Positions 36,914-46,101 of a stretch of 56,256 bases of DNA are shown piece after piece. The position numbers and the translations under genes were made by a program. Every line of letters starts with the position of its first letter. The first letter of the stretch is position 1. Source of the DNA: a virus (Duplodnaviria > Caudoviricetes). The notes beneath the pieces were generated by a model that saw only the letters and a program-made list of their open reading frames with translations, did not search any database and was not told the origin of the DNA. The stretch covers positions 1-56,256 of IMG/VR virus record IMGVR_UViG_3300035665_002545, one strand, 5' to 3'.

Positions 36914-37495
36914 TTATTGTGTAACCACTTCAAACGACAAATATTTGAAAGTTGCTCCGCAGACAAGATACTGAATGTTATCAACCGTTGTGTTAAATGA
37001 CAATGGCGATAATGTGATGGGAAAAAGTTGTTTGAACTTTACTTCAATCTTAGGTAAGTTAGAAGAGTTAAGAATGAACAAGGATGCATCTGAATACTTA
37101 ACTAACTCAGAATATTTATTCTCTTTCGTTGCACCCGGAAATCTATTAAGCCTCTTATTGATAAAAATATCATAAGTTTCAGAATCATATTGTGTCAGTC
37201 CCAATAGCCAGTTAAATAGTTCCTTATAATTTTGCATGTTTTCTGAAACAATGAAACTTAAACTAAAATCACCAAACTCTGGTTTATGATCAGGTATTTT
37301 TATGTCAATGCTAGGATATCCAACCTGTACGAAACCAATACCCAAAGTAGGAAGTGTAACCTCTTGGCAAGTATACGCAACATTAGGCAAATCTTTAATA
37401 ACAAACCTAAACCCGTTGGGCTTCAAATAATCATAAGTCGCAGGAAGATTTGCGTTATAAGAATTCGCTAAATCGGATGACCCTTGAATATACAA
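36914..37495 (-). CDS. gp3: tail completion/terminator protein gp3-like
   Basis: YLKPNGFRF, CQEVTLP, FIVSENMQNY.E..NW, FP..LS; located after gp23. Confidence 0.75.
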   Translation of the reverse strand: MYIQGSSDLANSYNANLPATYDYLKPNGFRFVIKDLPNVAYTCQEVTLPTLGIGFVQVGYPSIDIKIPDHKPEFGDFSLSFIVSENMQNYKELFNWLLGLTQYDSETYDIFINKRLNRFPGATKENKYSELVKYSDASLFILNSSNLPKIEVKFKQLFPITLSPLSFNTTVDNIQYLVCGATFKYLSFEVVTQ

Positions 37496-37515
37496 TGTTT
37501 TTCTCCATTATGCAA

Positions 37516-37523
37516 TATTTATA
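37516..37523 (-). promoter_or_regulatory. T4-type late promoter TATAAATA
   Basis: Exact match between the gp23 terminator and the gp3 RBS. Confidence 0.8.
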
Positions 37524-37527
37524 TGAT

Positions 37528-37552
37528 AAAAAAAGGGGGACCGAAGTCCCCC
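37528..37552 (-). terminator. intrinsic terminator after gp23 with a cUUCGg tetraloop
   Basis: GGGGGAC-TTCG-GTCCCCC-TTTTTTT. Confidence 0.9.
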
Positions 37553-37574
37553 AAGACCGATCTACGCCGGTTTC

Positions 37575-38870
37575 TTACATGAGATTCAGAACACCAGTCT
37601 TACGATAATACTGGTTACGTCCCGAAGTAAAGTTGTCACCGTCAGCAGCAGATGAAGCTGAGTTGATTGTGACATAGGGGTTAGCAATCATACCATAACG
37701 TGTCTTGAAGCCAATCTTTGGCTGGAAGGTGTTAGGATCGACTGCACGAACCATCTGAAGAGGAACATATGGGCAGTAGAAAAGACCTGCATCATATGGG
37801 CTTGCACCTTTGTATCCAACAACATAGAACTGATACTGAGCGCCAAGGTTTGCTGAATATGGATCAACATAGACACGGAAGCGTCCATTGAGGATACCAG
37901 CAAATGTGTTGCCTGTGTCATCAACATTTAGACCTGTTGAAAGAGCAGGAGCGTAATCAAGAACACCAGCCATTGCAAGTGCAGATGCAACATCTGCTGA
38001 GCAGATTACGAAGTTGCCTTTGCCTCTACGAGTATCTTGTGCAATATGGTTAGCATCACGCTCCATATTGTATAGAAGACCCTTGAAGCGCTCAACAGAC
38101 CAACGACCGTTTGAGTCAATGTCAAGGTCAAAGGTACCCGGAGTTGCTGTTGCAGGTGAACCTGTCTTTGCAACTTTATAAATGGTACGAATAACTTCAC
38201 GGTTGATTTCAAACATGATTTCTTGTGAAAGGATGTTTGAAAGCTCTGACTCAGCGTCAAGACCGTGAACTGCCTTAAGGTCTTGCGCCAATTCAACAGT
38301 GTATTCTGCTTTTAGCGCACGGCTCTTTGCAGTAACTGTTGTCTTGTCGATGCTGAAAGACATCTGACCAAAGTCAAATCCGGTTGTGCCTAGCTGTTCT
38401 GCCCATGCAGTAACGTTACCGGTACCTGTTGTGTAAGATCCACTAACAGGGTTTGAACCTGTATGAGACCCTGTACCAGAGAAGTCTGTATCAGCTTCGT
38501 TGTAAAGAGCCTCAACACGACCACCTGCATTAGTACGCTCTGTGCCATAAAGTGAACGCATTGCGAAAATAAGACCTGTTGGACCAGTCATTGGCTGAAC
38601 GCCAGCAACATCATACGCCATTAGGTTAGGCATAGCACGACGAACTAGACCAATAAGAATTGGATCATACTTATCGATACCGTTGGTTGCTGCAATGTTG
38701 TTTGCAGGTGCATCTTCGAAAAGTGCGCTACGCTCTTCACGCAGTGCTTTCTCTTGGTTTTCAAGAAGAACAGCGGTAACTGCTCTCTTGTGTAAATCTT
38801 TGATTTCTGGAAGATCTGAGTGCTCAAGAATGGCGCCCCATTTCTTCTGAAGTTGTTCGGTCATATACAT
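37575..38870 (-). CDS. gp23: major capsid protein gp23
   Basis: GVQPMTGPTGLIFAMR, SRALKAEY, ELAQDLKAVHGLDAE, FQPKIGFKTRYG. Confidence 0.97.
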   Translation of the reverse strand: MYMTEQLQKKWGAILEHSDLPEIKDLHKRAVTAVLLENQEKALREERSALFEDAPANNIAATNGIDKYDPILIGLVRRAMPNLMAYDVAGVQPMTGPTGLIFAMRSLYGTERTNAGGRVEALYNEADTDFSGTGSHTGSNPVSGSYTTGTGNVTAWAEQLGTTGFDFGQMSFSIDKTTVTAKSRALKAEYTVELAQDLKAVHGLDAESELSNILSQEIMFEINREVIRTIYKVAKTGSPATATPGTFDLDIDSNGRWSVERFKGLLYNMERDANHIAQDTRRGKGNFVICSADVASALAMAGVLDYAPALSTGLNVDDTGNTFAGILNGRFRVYVDPYSANLGAQYQFYVVGYKGASPYDAGLFYCPYVPLQMVRAVDPNTFQPKIGFKTRYGMIANPYVTINSASSAADGDNFTSGRNQYYRKTGVLNLM

Positions 38871-38897
38871 TAGTTATCTCCTTATGGATTATTTTTT

Positions 38898-38905
38898 TAT
38901 TTATA
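38898..38905 (-). promoter_or_regulatory. T4-type late promoter TATAAATA
   Basis: Exact match upstream of the gp23 RBS (AAGGAGA). Confidence 0.85.
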
Positions 38906-38907
38906 AC

Positions 38908-40002
38908 TTATCGTACCTTGACAGCCCTTGACAAAGCCGCTGCGTACTTTGCAATGGTGTCACCTGAGTCTTGTGTTACTGGAGCTTCTTCATTGAGAAT
39001 CTGCTCCTCAGGGGATGATTTAGCGGCTCTGGGGAAGTAGTTTTCCTTAACAACCTTCACTTTTTCGCGGAATAACTGCTCAGAATCATAAGACACACCC
39101 TCAAGTAGCTTTGTGAGCTTCTCTGCTTCTGTGTCCGCAAGATCTTCAGTCATTTCGCTTAAAACTAGTGCCTTCTTAAGGTCTGAAAGCTCTTTAGTTA
39201 GCTCAACATTTTCAGTGATAGCTGAATTGAGTTTCTCTTCAAGCTCTTCTGCCTTACCATTTAGTTCCTCAAGTACATCAACTTTATCTTCAGGAACTTC
39301 GATGTAGTGCTCTTGGAACAATGTCTTAAGACCAGTGATGAAATCTTCAGCGATCTCAGTGCGTAGGCCTGATTCAACTTGAAGTTTGTTATCTTCCATC
39401 CACTGCTCAACCACATAGTTCATAAAGGAATCGATCTTGTCAACAAGACCTTCTGTGATATCAGCAAGCTCTTGTGTCTTTTGTTCTTCGATTTGAGAAG
39501 CAATCTTTTCCATTTCCTCATTGACACGAGCGATAACAGCAGCTTCAAAAATTGCTGTTGCTTTCTCACGAAAATCTTCTGAAAGGTCATCGCCGAAGAT
39601 AGCAGATAGCTGTTCTTTGAGAGATGGTTGACCAGATTTTTGTTCTTCACTTTCACCTATGGGTTTATTGCCACTGGATGCTTGCATGTTAACTACTGCA
39701 GTAGGATCAGTTGTAGTCATATAGTTAGGTGCCTGACCCGCACCTGTATTTGCGGGACGAGGACTATTAGGGGTTGACTTGGATGCAACAGCGCCTTGAT
39801 TCTCTTCGGTTTCATCACGTTCTTCGTAATCAGCGTCTTGTGATCCGCCCTGACGAGGCATAGTGGTATCGCCCGGGATTGCAGTTTTGATTGATGTGTC
39901 TTTATTGACACCTGCAGCACCCATAGGTTGCCCTTCCTCATCAAGTCGCTGAGCAGAACCTGCACGCTCGAGCAACTCTTTGATTTTGCTTTCAATAGAC
40001 AT
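38908..40002 (-). CDS. gp22: prohead core scaffold gp22
   Basis: LSEDFREKATAIFEAAV, YVVEQW, HYIEVPEDK; acidic coiled coil. Confidence 0.92.
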   Translation of the reverse strand: MSIESKIKELLERAGSAQRLDEEGQPMGAAGVNKDTSIKTAIPGDTTMPRQGGSQDADYEERDETEENQGAVASKSTPNSPRPANTGAGQAPNYMTTTDPTAVVNMQASSGNKPIGESEEQKSGQPSLKEQLSAIFGDDLSEDFREKATAIFEAAVIARVNEEMEKIASQIEEQKTQELADITEGLVDKIDSFMNYVVEQWMEDNKLQVESGLRTEIAEDFITGLKTLFQEHYIEVPEDKVDVLEELNGKAEELEEKLNSAITENVELTKELSDLKKALVLSEMTEDLADTEAEKLTKLLEGVSYDSEQLFREKVKVVKENYFPRAAKSSPEEQILNEEAPVTQDSGDTIAKYAAALSRAVKVR

Positions 40003-40024
40003 AGAAATCTCCTATTTTGTTTTT

Positions 40025-40032
40025 TATTTATT
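40025..40032 (-). promoter_or_regulatory. late promoter variant AATAAATA
   Basis: Upstream of the gp22 RBS. Confidence 0.6.
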
Positions 40033-40036
40033 AAAC

Positions 40037-40681
40037 TTAATTTTTAGAAATCATATGCATGAACTTATTGAAAAGTTGTAGTTTCTTTTCTTCAGTTAGC
40101 TTTGATTTCTTTGCTTCATTCTTGACTTGCTCCATGACCCAACCTCTTCCTTCAACATACAACCATGCTGCATCTTCCATAATACCTTGTACAAATGCAT
40201 CAGGTGCAGAAGGATCAGCAACAATGTCAACAGTAGCTAGATGAAAATCGTCTTGTACTTCATTAACACCTTCCTTGTTTAGCTTTACGGTACCCAAGCC
40301 ACGCGACGATACACCTAAGCGACAACCCTCATCGATGAAATTCTGCGCGATCTTGCCCATGGGGGTATCAAGAATCTTTGCCTTTCCAACGATATCATTT
40401 CCTTCAAACCGTAAATTCGTAATGAGGTGTGATACTTTGTCTAGGTTGATTGAAGGATTGGGAGGATGTCCTAACTCACCCAAAGCACGTTTTTCACTAA
40501 TAATCTGTTGAAAACGTTGCAATTCTTTTTCAACGATAGGTTTTCTATAGATTCGACCGTTGCGGTTTGCCATTTCTGTCTGCATGAAGATACCTTCAAT
40601 GAAGTATCTTTTCCCGCCAGACTCTTTCGCCTCGGTGATGTACTTAATGTCTTGGGTGGTTTCTGTAATTAAACGAAGCAT
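40037..40681 (-). CDS. gp21: prohead protease gp21
   Basis: IEGIFMQ, NRNGRIY, ALGELGHP, GVSSRG, DIVADPSAPDAFV. Confidence 0.95.
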   Translation of the reverse strand: MLRLITETTQDIKYITEAKESGGKRYFIEGIFMQTEMANRNGRIYRKPIVEKELQRFQQIISEKRALGELGHPPNPSINLDKVSHLITNLRFEGNDIVGKAKILDTPMGKIAQNFIDEGCRLGVSSRGLGTVKLNKEGVNEVQDDFHLATVDIVADPSAPDAFVQGIMEDAAWLYVEGRGWVMEQVKNEAKKSKLTEEKKLQLFNKFMHMISKN

Positions 40682-40694
40682 TTTAGTTCCTATG

Positions 40695-41090
40695 TCAGTT
40701 ACCTGAAACAAAACCTTGTTGATCGGGTTCAACAAACCCTTTCTCTTTTGTAAGACCCAAAATAACTGTGCCACCCGGAGAAGGAATAGTCACAACAACA
40801 TTTGCGGATGAGTTTGAAGTGTCTGAGAAACCTGACACTGCTGTAAAGAACCAATTATCACTTCCATAAAGAATCATAACATTGCTATTATCTCTCTTTA
40901 TAGTGATAGGTCCTGTATCATTATTAAAATAAATGGAGTTAATGTTTACTTTGATATTTGCAGGATCTAAAGGTGTCTCGTCCGATAACTTTAGATCAGC
41001 AATTAAGTCAACATTAGCTGTGCCATCGCCAACAAACTTTACAATAGCTTGTTGACGAACTTTTTTAACAATAGTTTTAGTTATCGGCAT
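40695..41090 (-). CDS. hypothetical virion-associated protein
   Basis: Beta-rich ORF with an RBS, within the head module. Confidence 0.6.
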   Translation of the reverse strand: MPITKTIVKKVRQQAIVKFVGDGTANVDLIADLKLSDETPLDPANIKVNINSIYFNNDTGPITIKRDNSNVMILYGSDNWFFTAVSGFSDTSNSSANVVVTIPSPGGTVILGLTKEKGFVEPDQQGFVSGN

Positions 41091-41098
41091 TTTACACC

Positions 41099-41230
41099 TT
41101 ATCTAATTACACGACGCTTGGGTGGCGACTTGAAGGTTTGTCTTGCTGTCAATCCCAAGGAAACGCTACCTCCTGGAATTTTAATCTTTTTCGTGGCACG
41201 TAAAACAGAGGTTAAAATTGAGCTAAACAT
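41099..41230 (-). CDS. small basic protein (43 aa, missed by the ORF track)
   Basis: MFSSILTSVLRATKKIKIPGGSVSLGLTARQTFKSPPKRRVIR exactly fills the gap between two head-module genes. Confidence 0.5.
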   Translation of the reverse strand: MFSSILTSVLRATKKIKIPGGSVSLGLTARQTFKSPPKRRVIR

Positions 41231-41234
41231 TTTT

Positions 41235-41924
41235 TTATGCCTTTTTCATGGGTTTCTTTTTCTTGGCGGGACTATGATTGTTGTGAAACTCAGCCATCAT
41301 AATTTCTACATCCTCAGTGAAGATAACTTCTTCACCGTGCTCAAACTTAACAGTATACCATTCGATATTACCATTTGCATCTGGTTCAGCATGTTGACCC
41401 TCAAGAACAACACCTTCACCAAATGTTTCTGAATACACATGCTTGGCGCAATAGTGTTGACCTTCACCTGCTTCTTCAGACTTCATTGCCTGTTTAGTTG
41501 CAGTAGCGTACATGACTTCCTTAGCGCGCTCTCCATAACGCTTCTTGAAACCTGCGAAACCTTTCTTCATGGACTTAACCATCTTTTCGCGCTTTGCCAT
41601 TTCTGCAGGTGTCATTTTCTTTTCGTCTAGTTTCATTTCTGTTCCCTCTTTAACTGTTGGGGGTGCATAAATCGCTTTGACTTTAGATGCTTCATCATCA
41701 CTAATTTCATCATCACGAACCAACTGATTTACATGTGCAGTTATTTTCTTATGAAGCATAGCATGCACTTTCCCCTGCAAGTTTATTAATTGTGCATGGG
41801 CCTTCATAGCAGACATCATTGAAGCAGGAATGCCCTTACCCTGACTAGACCCAATAAGATCTAGATACACCTCATGGTGCTCTGCTGGTGTCTTCGCATT
41901 TTTAGCGTATGCAGGTAAAGCCAT
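41235..41924 (-). CDS. head-module protein (prohead core or internal protein candidate)
   Basis: KMTPAEMAKREKMVKSMKK...RYG..AKEVMYATATK and HYCAKHV segments; between gp67 and gp21. Confidence 0.55.
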   Translation of the reverse strand: MALPAYAKNAKTPAEHHEVYLDLIGSSQGKGIPASMMSAMKAHAQLINLQGKVHAMLHKKITAHVNQLVRDDEISDDEASKVKAIYAPPTVKEGTEMKLDEKKMTPAEMAKREKMVKSMKKGFAGFKKRYGERAKEVMYATATKQAMKSEEAGEGQHYCAKHVYSETFGEGVVLEGQHAEPDANGNIEWYTVKFEHGEEVIFTEDVEIMMAEFHNNHSPAKKKKPMKKA

Positions 41925-42103
41925 TATTCTTCCTCCGAAGTCTCGGGTTGTGCGTACATAGATGTTGCAACTGCTTGCTTTTGTGCCTCTAGCGCATCAG
42001 TTACTTTTACTGCAATAATGTCCTGAAAGCGTTCTTGCGCCTCGGCAGGTTGCCCATCAAGAACATTAATAACCATCTGCTTAACTAATTCTTTTGTGTC
42101 CAT
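41924..42103 (-). CDS. gp67: prohead core protein gp67-like (59 aa, missed by the ORF track)
   Basis: MDTKELVKQMVINVLDGQPAEAQERFQDIIAVKVTDALEAQKQAVATSMYAQPETSEEE; immediately after the portal gene; CATAAATA and GAGG upstream. Confidence 0.75.
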   Translation of the reverse strand: MDTKELVKQMVINVLDGQPAEAQERFQDIIAVKVTDALEAQKQAVATSMYAQPETSEEE

Positions 42104-42118
42104 GAATACCTCTTTTAT

Positions 42119-42126
42119 TATTTATG
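42119..42126 (-). promoter_or_regulatory. late promoter variant CATAAATA
   Basis: Upstream of the gp67-like RBS. Confidence 0.6.
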
Positions 42127-42130
42127 CACT

Positions 42131-43702
42131 TTATGATTGCGAAGGGGGTGTTTCTTGCGGGGCTTCTAATTCTTGTTGTGCCTGCGCTACCTGAATCTGT
42201 TGCAGCTGTTGCTGTGGCAGAGGAGGTTCTTTTTGAATTTCCGCTGCAATGTTTTCAATCTCGTCATCTTTCAAACGAAGGACATGTTTTCTAATATAAT
42301 CTTGACTGTAGAATGTGCCGATGTATGGCAGCATTTGGTTTAGAATGTCAAGTCGATTACGAAGATTCTCTGCATCTTTAGCTTCTTCGAAGTACACATC
42401 CTCGGCGTATTTGAAACGAATCTGCTCCTTCATATCTTCCCAGTCCTGTTCTACAATGATTCCTTTTAGAATAAGCTGAGTCTTGAGCAAATCACGAAAG
42501 AGATCAGAGAACTTGTTTCGCAGACGACCAATGAATTTAGCAAACTTTAACTCATCTCGTGTGACTTCAGCGACTCTACCAAAGTTCATACCTTGTTGGG
42601 GTTGCAATCTTGAAATAGGAACATTCAATGCCTGATACATCTTTTGTTTGAAGTATTCAATGTCATCTATTTGCCCAAGATTTTCACCACCCTGCAGAGT
42701 AGTAATTTCGGTTCCTTTTCCGCCCTCACGGCGAGGAAGCCAAAAGTCCTCAAGCATTGACATAAACTTTCTATCATCTCGAACTTCACCTGTAGATGAA
42801 TCGTAGACGATCTTGTTACGATATCTCGCCATAACATCTTTTAAATATTGTTCTGCCTTGAGCTTGGGCAGGTTGCCCACATCAATGTAAAAGATTCGGC
42901 GTTCTGGCGCTCTTGCAAGACGGTAGATGACTAATGCATCTTCCATCATCTTTAATTGGTTGACAGGTTTGATTGCCTTATGCAAGTAACCTACCACAAT
43001 GTTTCGGTCAAGATCAATCAGTCCGCTGTGGCAGTAAGCTATAGTATCAAGTGTAATTTTTACACCCGAACCTTGCGTTAGTGTTTGACCAGTACCTTGA
43101 GCAATACTATAGGTAATACCTCTTTCATTGTAGAGAAAGTATTCATCTATAGTCTTAATAACTTCTAATCCGTTAGGAAGTTTATCCTTTTTAATATCAC
43201 GAACCTTCTTGATCTTTCTAGGATCAATGTATCGAAGTTCTGTGATACCCTTAACTGAATTCTTGGTATCAACTATCTTCTGATAGTATAACCTGCCGTC
43301 AACATACCACCTACGAAAGATATCATGCGCCTTCGAATTGAAGTCAAGAAGTTTTAGAATTTCATTAAACTCATTTTCAATTGTCTTGCGAATCTTAGGT
43401 GATAATTGAAGTTCTTCTATGTCTATAGTAACAGGGGGCTCATCATCTAAATTAGCAATAGCTTCTGATACGATATCTTCAACGGCAATATCACATTCTG
43501 GATAAAGCGACATCTGACGATATCTAGAGATAAGCTCTGATTCCGTCTTAGACGTTGCGTCCAGATCAACATAGGTACCATAATATCCGCCTGCAGAAAT
43601 AGTAGAAGCACCATCCTCCGGCGTAGGAGGAATAAAATTCTGTGACGCCGGAGGATCTTTCTTTGGACGGGTTAGCTTAAACCCAAAAATATTCAAATCC
43701 AT
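42131..43702 (-). CDS. gp20: portal protein gp20
   Basis: FRRWYVDGR, RAPERRIFYIDVGNLPK, EDFWLPRREGGKGTEI. Confidence 0.97.
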   Translation of the reverse strand: MDLNIFGFKLTRPKKDPPASQNFIPPTPEDGASTISAGGYYGTYVDLDATSKTESELISRYRQMSLYPECDIAVEDIVSEAIANLDDEPPVTIDIEELQLSPKIRKTIENEFNEILKLLDFNSKAHDIFRRWYVDGRLYYQKIVDTKNSVKGITELRYIDPRKIKKVRDIKKDKLPNGLEVIKTIDEYFLYNERGITYSIAQGTGQTLTQGSGVKITLDTIAYCHSGLIDLDRNIVVGYLHKAIKPVNQLKMMEDALVIYRLARAPERRIFYIDVGNLPKLKAEQYLKDVMARYRNKIVYDSSTGEVRDDRKFMSMLEDFWLPRREGGKGTEITTLQGGENLGQIDDIEYFKQKMYQALNVPISRLQPQQGMNFGRVAEVTRDELKFAKFIGRLRNKFSDLFRDLLKTQLILKGIIVEQDWEDMKEQIRFKYAEDVYFEEAKDAENLRNRLDILNQMLPYIGTFYSQDYIRKHVLRLKDDEIENIAAEIQKEPPLPQQQLQQIQVAQAQQELEAPQETPPSQS

Positions 43703-43712
43703 TATTTAATCA

Positions 43713-44270
43713 TTAAAGTAAAGTTGTCCCAAGACCAGGTGTTCCCGCGGGGGCACCGGACCCATCAATTTCAAGTGTTTGATACTGCCATGTAACACTA
43801 AAAGAACTAATCTGATCATTTGCATCAAAACTTAAAGGCACATCAGAAATATCAGAAGGCCAACAACCAATGAGTTTGTATTCACGAATTGCATTACCTG
43901 CTCTATCTAGTTGTCTGACTGTTACATCTCCAAAATAACCTGCAGGTTCACCTGTCTCATTGCTTTGAGCTGTTTTAACAGCCAAATCTTCAATGTAATC
44001 ATTCATCCATGACTCAATGTACGCACGAAGTTGCATTGCGCTGTCATTAATGATAGTCGTTGTCCAAGGTGCAAAAGACATGTCCCCCGCCAACTTAAGT
44101 TCACGACCACGATAGAATGCGCTTGCTACGCCGATAGTTCTGCCGGGCAAGGAAGCTGCGGTAACTAAAAAACTTGACAGTTCCTCAGCCCCTTGAATTT
44201 CAACCTCAAAGAGGTTGGGCCTTGCTCCAGCCAATAATTGATTTCTGAACTCTTCTATTGCGAATGCCAT
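43713..44270 (-). CDS. gp19: tail tube protein gp19
   Basis: GARPNLFEV, RGRELKLAGD, WTTT, QLDR, WPSDIS. Confidence 0.93.
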   Translation of the reverse strand: MAFAIEEFRNQLLAGARPNLFEVEIQGAEELSSFLVTAASLPGRTIGVASAFYRGRELKLAGDMSFAPWTTTIINDSAMQLRAYIESWMNDYIEDLAVKTAQSNETGEPAGYFGDVTVRQLDRAGNAIREYKLIGCWPSDISDVPLSFDANDQISSFSVTWQYQTLEIDGSGAPAGTPGLGTTLL

Positions 44271-44281
44271 TTAATCTCTCC

Positions 44282-46042
44282 TTAGGCGGTTACTTCTGAA
44301 AAATCAATGCCTGTCTTAGTGGCAATGAAGTTCAGACTGATGAAGTTAATAGAACGAGCGGGCTTAACATATATATCCGCCACAAACTCATTTCTATCAA
44401 TGACTTCTCCAGTATTGTTGGTTTCGTCGCAAACAACTTTGAAGTCGGTAATACCACGACGACCTTTAACATCACGGAGGTAAGGCTCTACAATATTTCT
44501 AAACTGGGCGCGTGTAAATGCATCATTGAACTCAAAGAGTTGTCCTCTTGCAGCTGCTGTAATCGCTTTCTTAAGAACAATGAAGAGCCTACGAACATTG
44601 ATGCGATCAAATGCACTTGGCTTGATCTGAAGAGTCTTGTCACCAAATAGAATGGTACCGTATCCGGGTGAGGAGATAACAGGATTAACACCTGCCTTAT
44701 AGAGCGTATCGCGTTGTGCTTTATTGGGATTGAATGCCAACTTGACGACATTACGAATCTGTCCACGGTTAATACCTGCAGGGGAGAACCAAGGATCATT
44801 CGTGAAGTCAGTGCGAGCGCAAAGACCTGCAATATCTGCATTCAGCGGAATCCAACGATACACATCATTGTAACGATCATACTGATATTTCCAGCCGCTA
44901 TCCATGACAACATAAGACGATGACAGATTGGTTAGATCGGTATTTCTAAACCCCGTCACATTGGTTGCCTTGGTTGAGTCTGAAAGATTTCCTTGTACAT
45001 CTGCATATTCGGGTGAGCAGAAAACGACCACATCATTTCTCTTGCTCTCTCCGGTTAGGGAGTTAACAACAGAAACAACATCAGATCCGCCCAATGATCC
45101 AGTAGGAACAAGAGAAATATCATAAATTTCATCATTTTCTAACAAACCAAATCCCGTTGCAATTTGCCCGCCAGTTGCTTGAATACCATCATTTCCACTA
45201 CTTAAGGACATAAATGCTTCATTTACAATAGCGTTTGCACTTGTTGTTAGTGTATTAAACTGAATATTTGTATTTCCTAAAGGACCCGTAATTAAAGAAC
45301 CCCAGTTAGTAGAAAGAGGATGACTTCTCCAACGAATATAATTTGACTGTTCGTTGATTACCTTTTGGTAATAAATGCTTCTGCCATCTGCGCCAATCGC
45401 ATCTCCAGCTTTTGATAGATACTGAAACTTTTCTAAAACAGTATTTTTAGCACCGGTAATGAATCCATCTTGATCGATTACAGCAATGTGAATCTCATCA
45501 CTTGCTGCAGCATTTCCATAAGTCGATGCAAAAGATGAAATATTAGGACGCACATCAAAAAGTGCTTGCATTGTAGATGTTATATTAGCCCAATTACCAT
45601 TATCGACTAAAACGAGAGCTAAAGAATCGCCTAGAACGCCGGGATGTTTAGCGGTCGCTAGGATCGATGTATTTGCAGTAAGAGAATCAAATATATCATC
45701 GTTTTTTATTAACTCTCCTCCGACAGGATTAGAATTAGAAGCTACCTGTATATTTGATCCCAGAGTTGCGTTAAGTGCACCGTTTCCAACAACGCGAATA
45801 TTATACAGCTGATTAGCGTAACCCAAAAAGTTTGCTGCGGTAAAGAAAGAAAGATAGGTGTTTGCGTCAGGTTTTCCAAACTGGTTGACTAGATCAACTT
45901 CGCTCGTAACAAGTGTGGGAACATCAACAGGTCCCCATTGGAATTGACCCGCAAATCCACCTACAGAGGTAGCAACAGCAGGGACTACGGTCGTTAAGTC
46001 TCTTTCTGTTGTTACGATACCTGGTGAAAGTTGGTATGGCAT
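44282..46042 (-). CDS. gp18: tail sheath protein gp18
   Basis: LSPG...ERD, FQWGP, DSGWKYQYD, PWFSPAG.NRG, FDRINVRRLF. Confidence 0.96.
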   Translation of the reverse strand: MPYQLSPGIVTTERDLTTVVPAVATSVGGFAGQFQWGPVDVPTLVTSEVDLVNQFGKPDANTYLSFFTAANFLGYANQLYNIRVVGNGALNATLGSNIQVASNSNPVGGELIKNDDIFDSLTANTSILATAKHPGVLGDSLALVLVDNGNWANITSTMQALFDVRPNISSFASTYGNAAASDEIHIAVIDQDGFITGAKNTVLEKFQYLSKAGDAIGADGRSIYYQKVINEQSNYIRWRSHPLSTNWGSLITGPLGNTNIQFNTLTTSANAIVNEAFMSLSSGNDGIQATGGQIATGFGLLENDEIYDISLVPTGSLGGSDVVSVVNSLTGESKRNDVVVFCSPEYADVQGNLSDSTKATNVTGFRNTDLTNLSSSYVVMDSGWKYQYDRYNDVYRWIPLNADIAGLCARTDFTNDPWFSPAGINRGQIRNVVKLAFNPNKAQRDTLYKAGVNPVISSPGYGTILFGDKTLQIKPSAFDRINVRRLFIVLKKAITAAARGQLFEFNDAFTRAQFRNIVEPYLRDVKGRRGITDFKVVCDETNNTGEVIDRNEFVADIYVKPARSINFISLNFIATKTGIDFSEVTA

Positions 46043-46060
46043 GAAAATCTCCTTGAAGTT

Positions 46061-46101
46061 TATTTATGACAAATATTGTAATATGTTATAGTTTATTTAT
46101 A
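46061..46101 (-). promoter_or_regulatory. tandem late promoters upstream of gp18
   Basis: TATAAATA at 46094-46101 and CATAAATA at 46061-46068. Confidence 0.7.
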
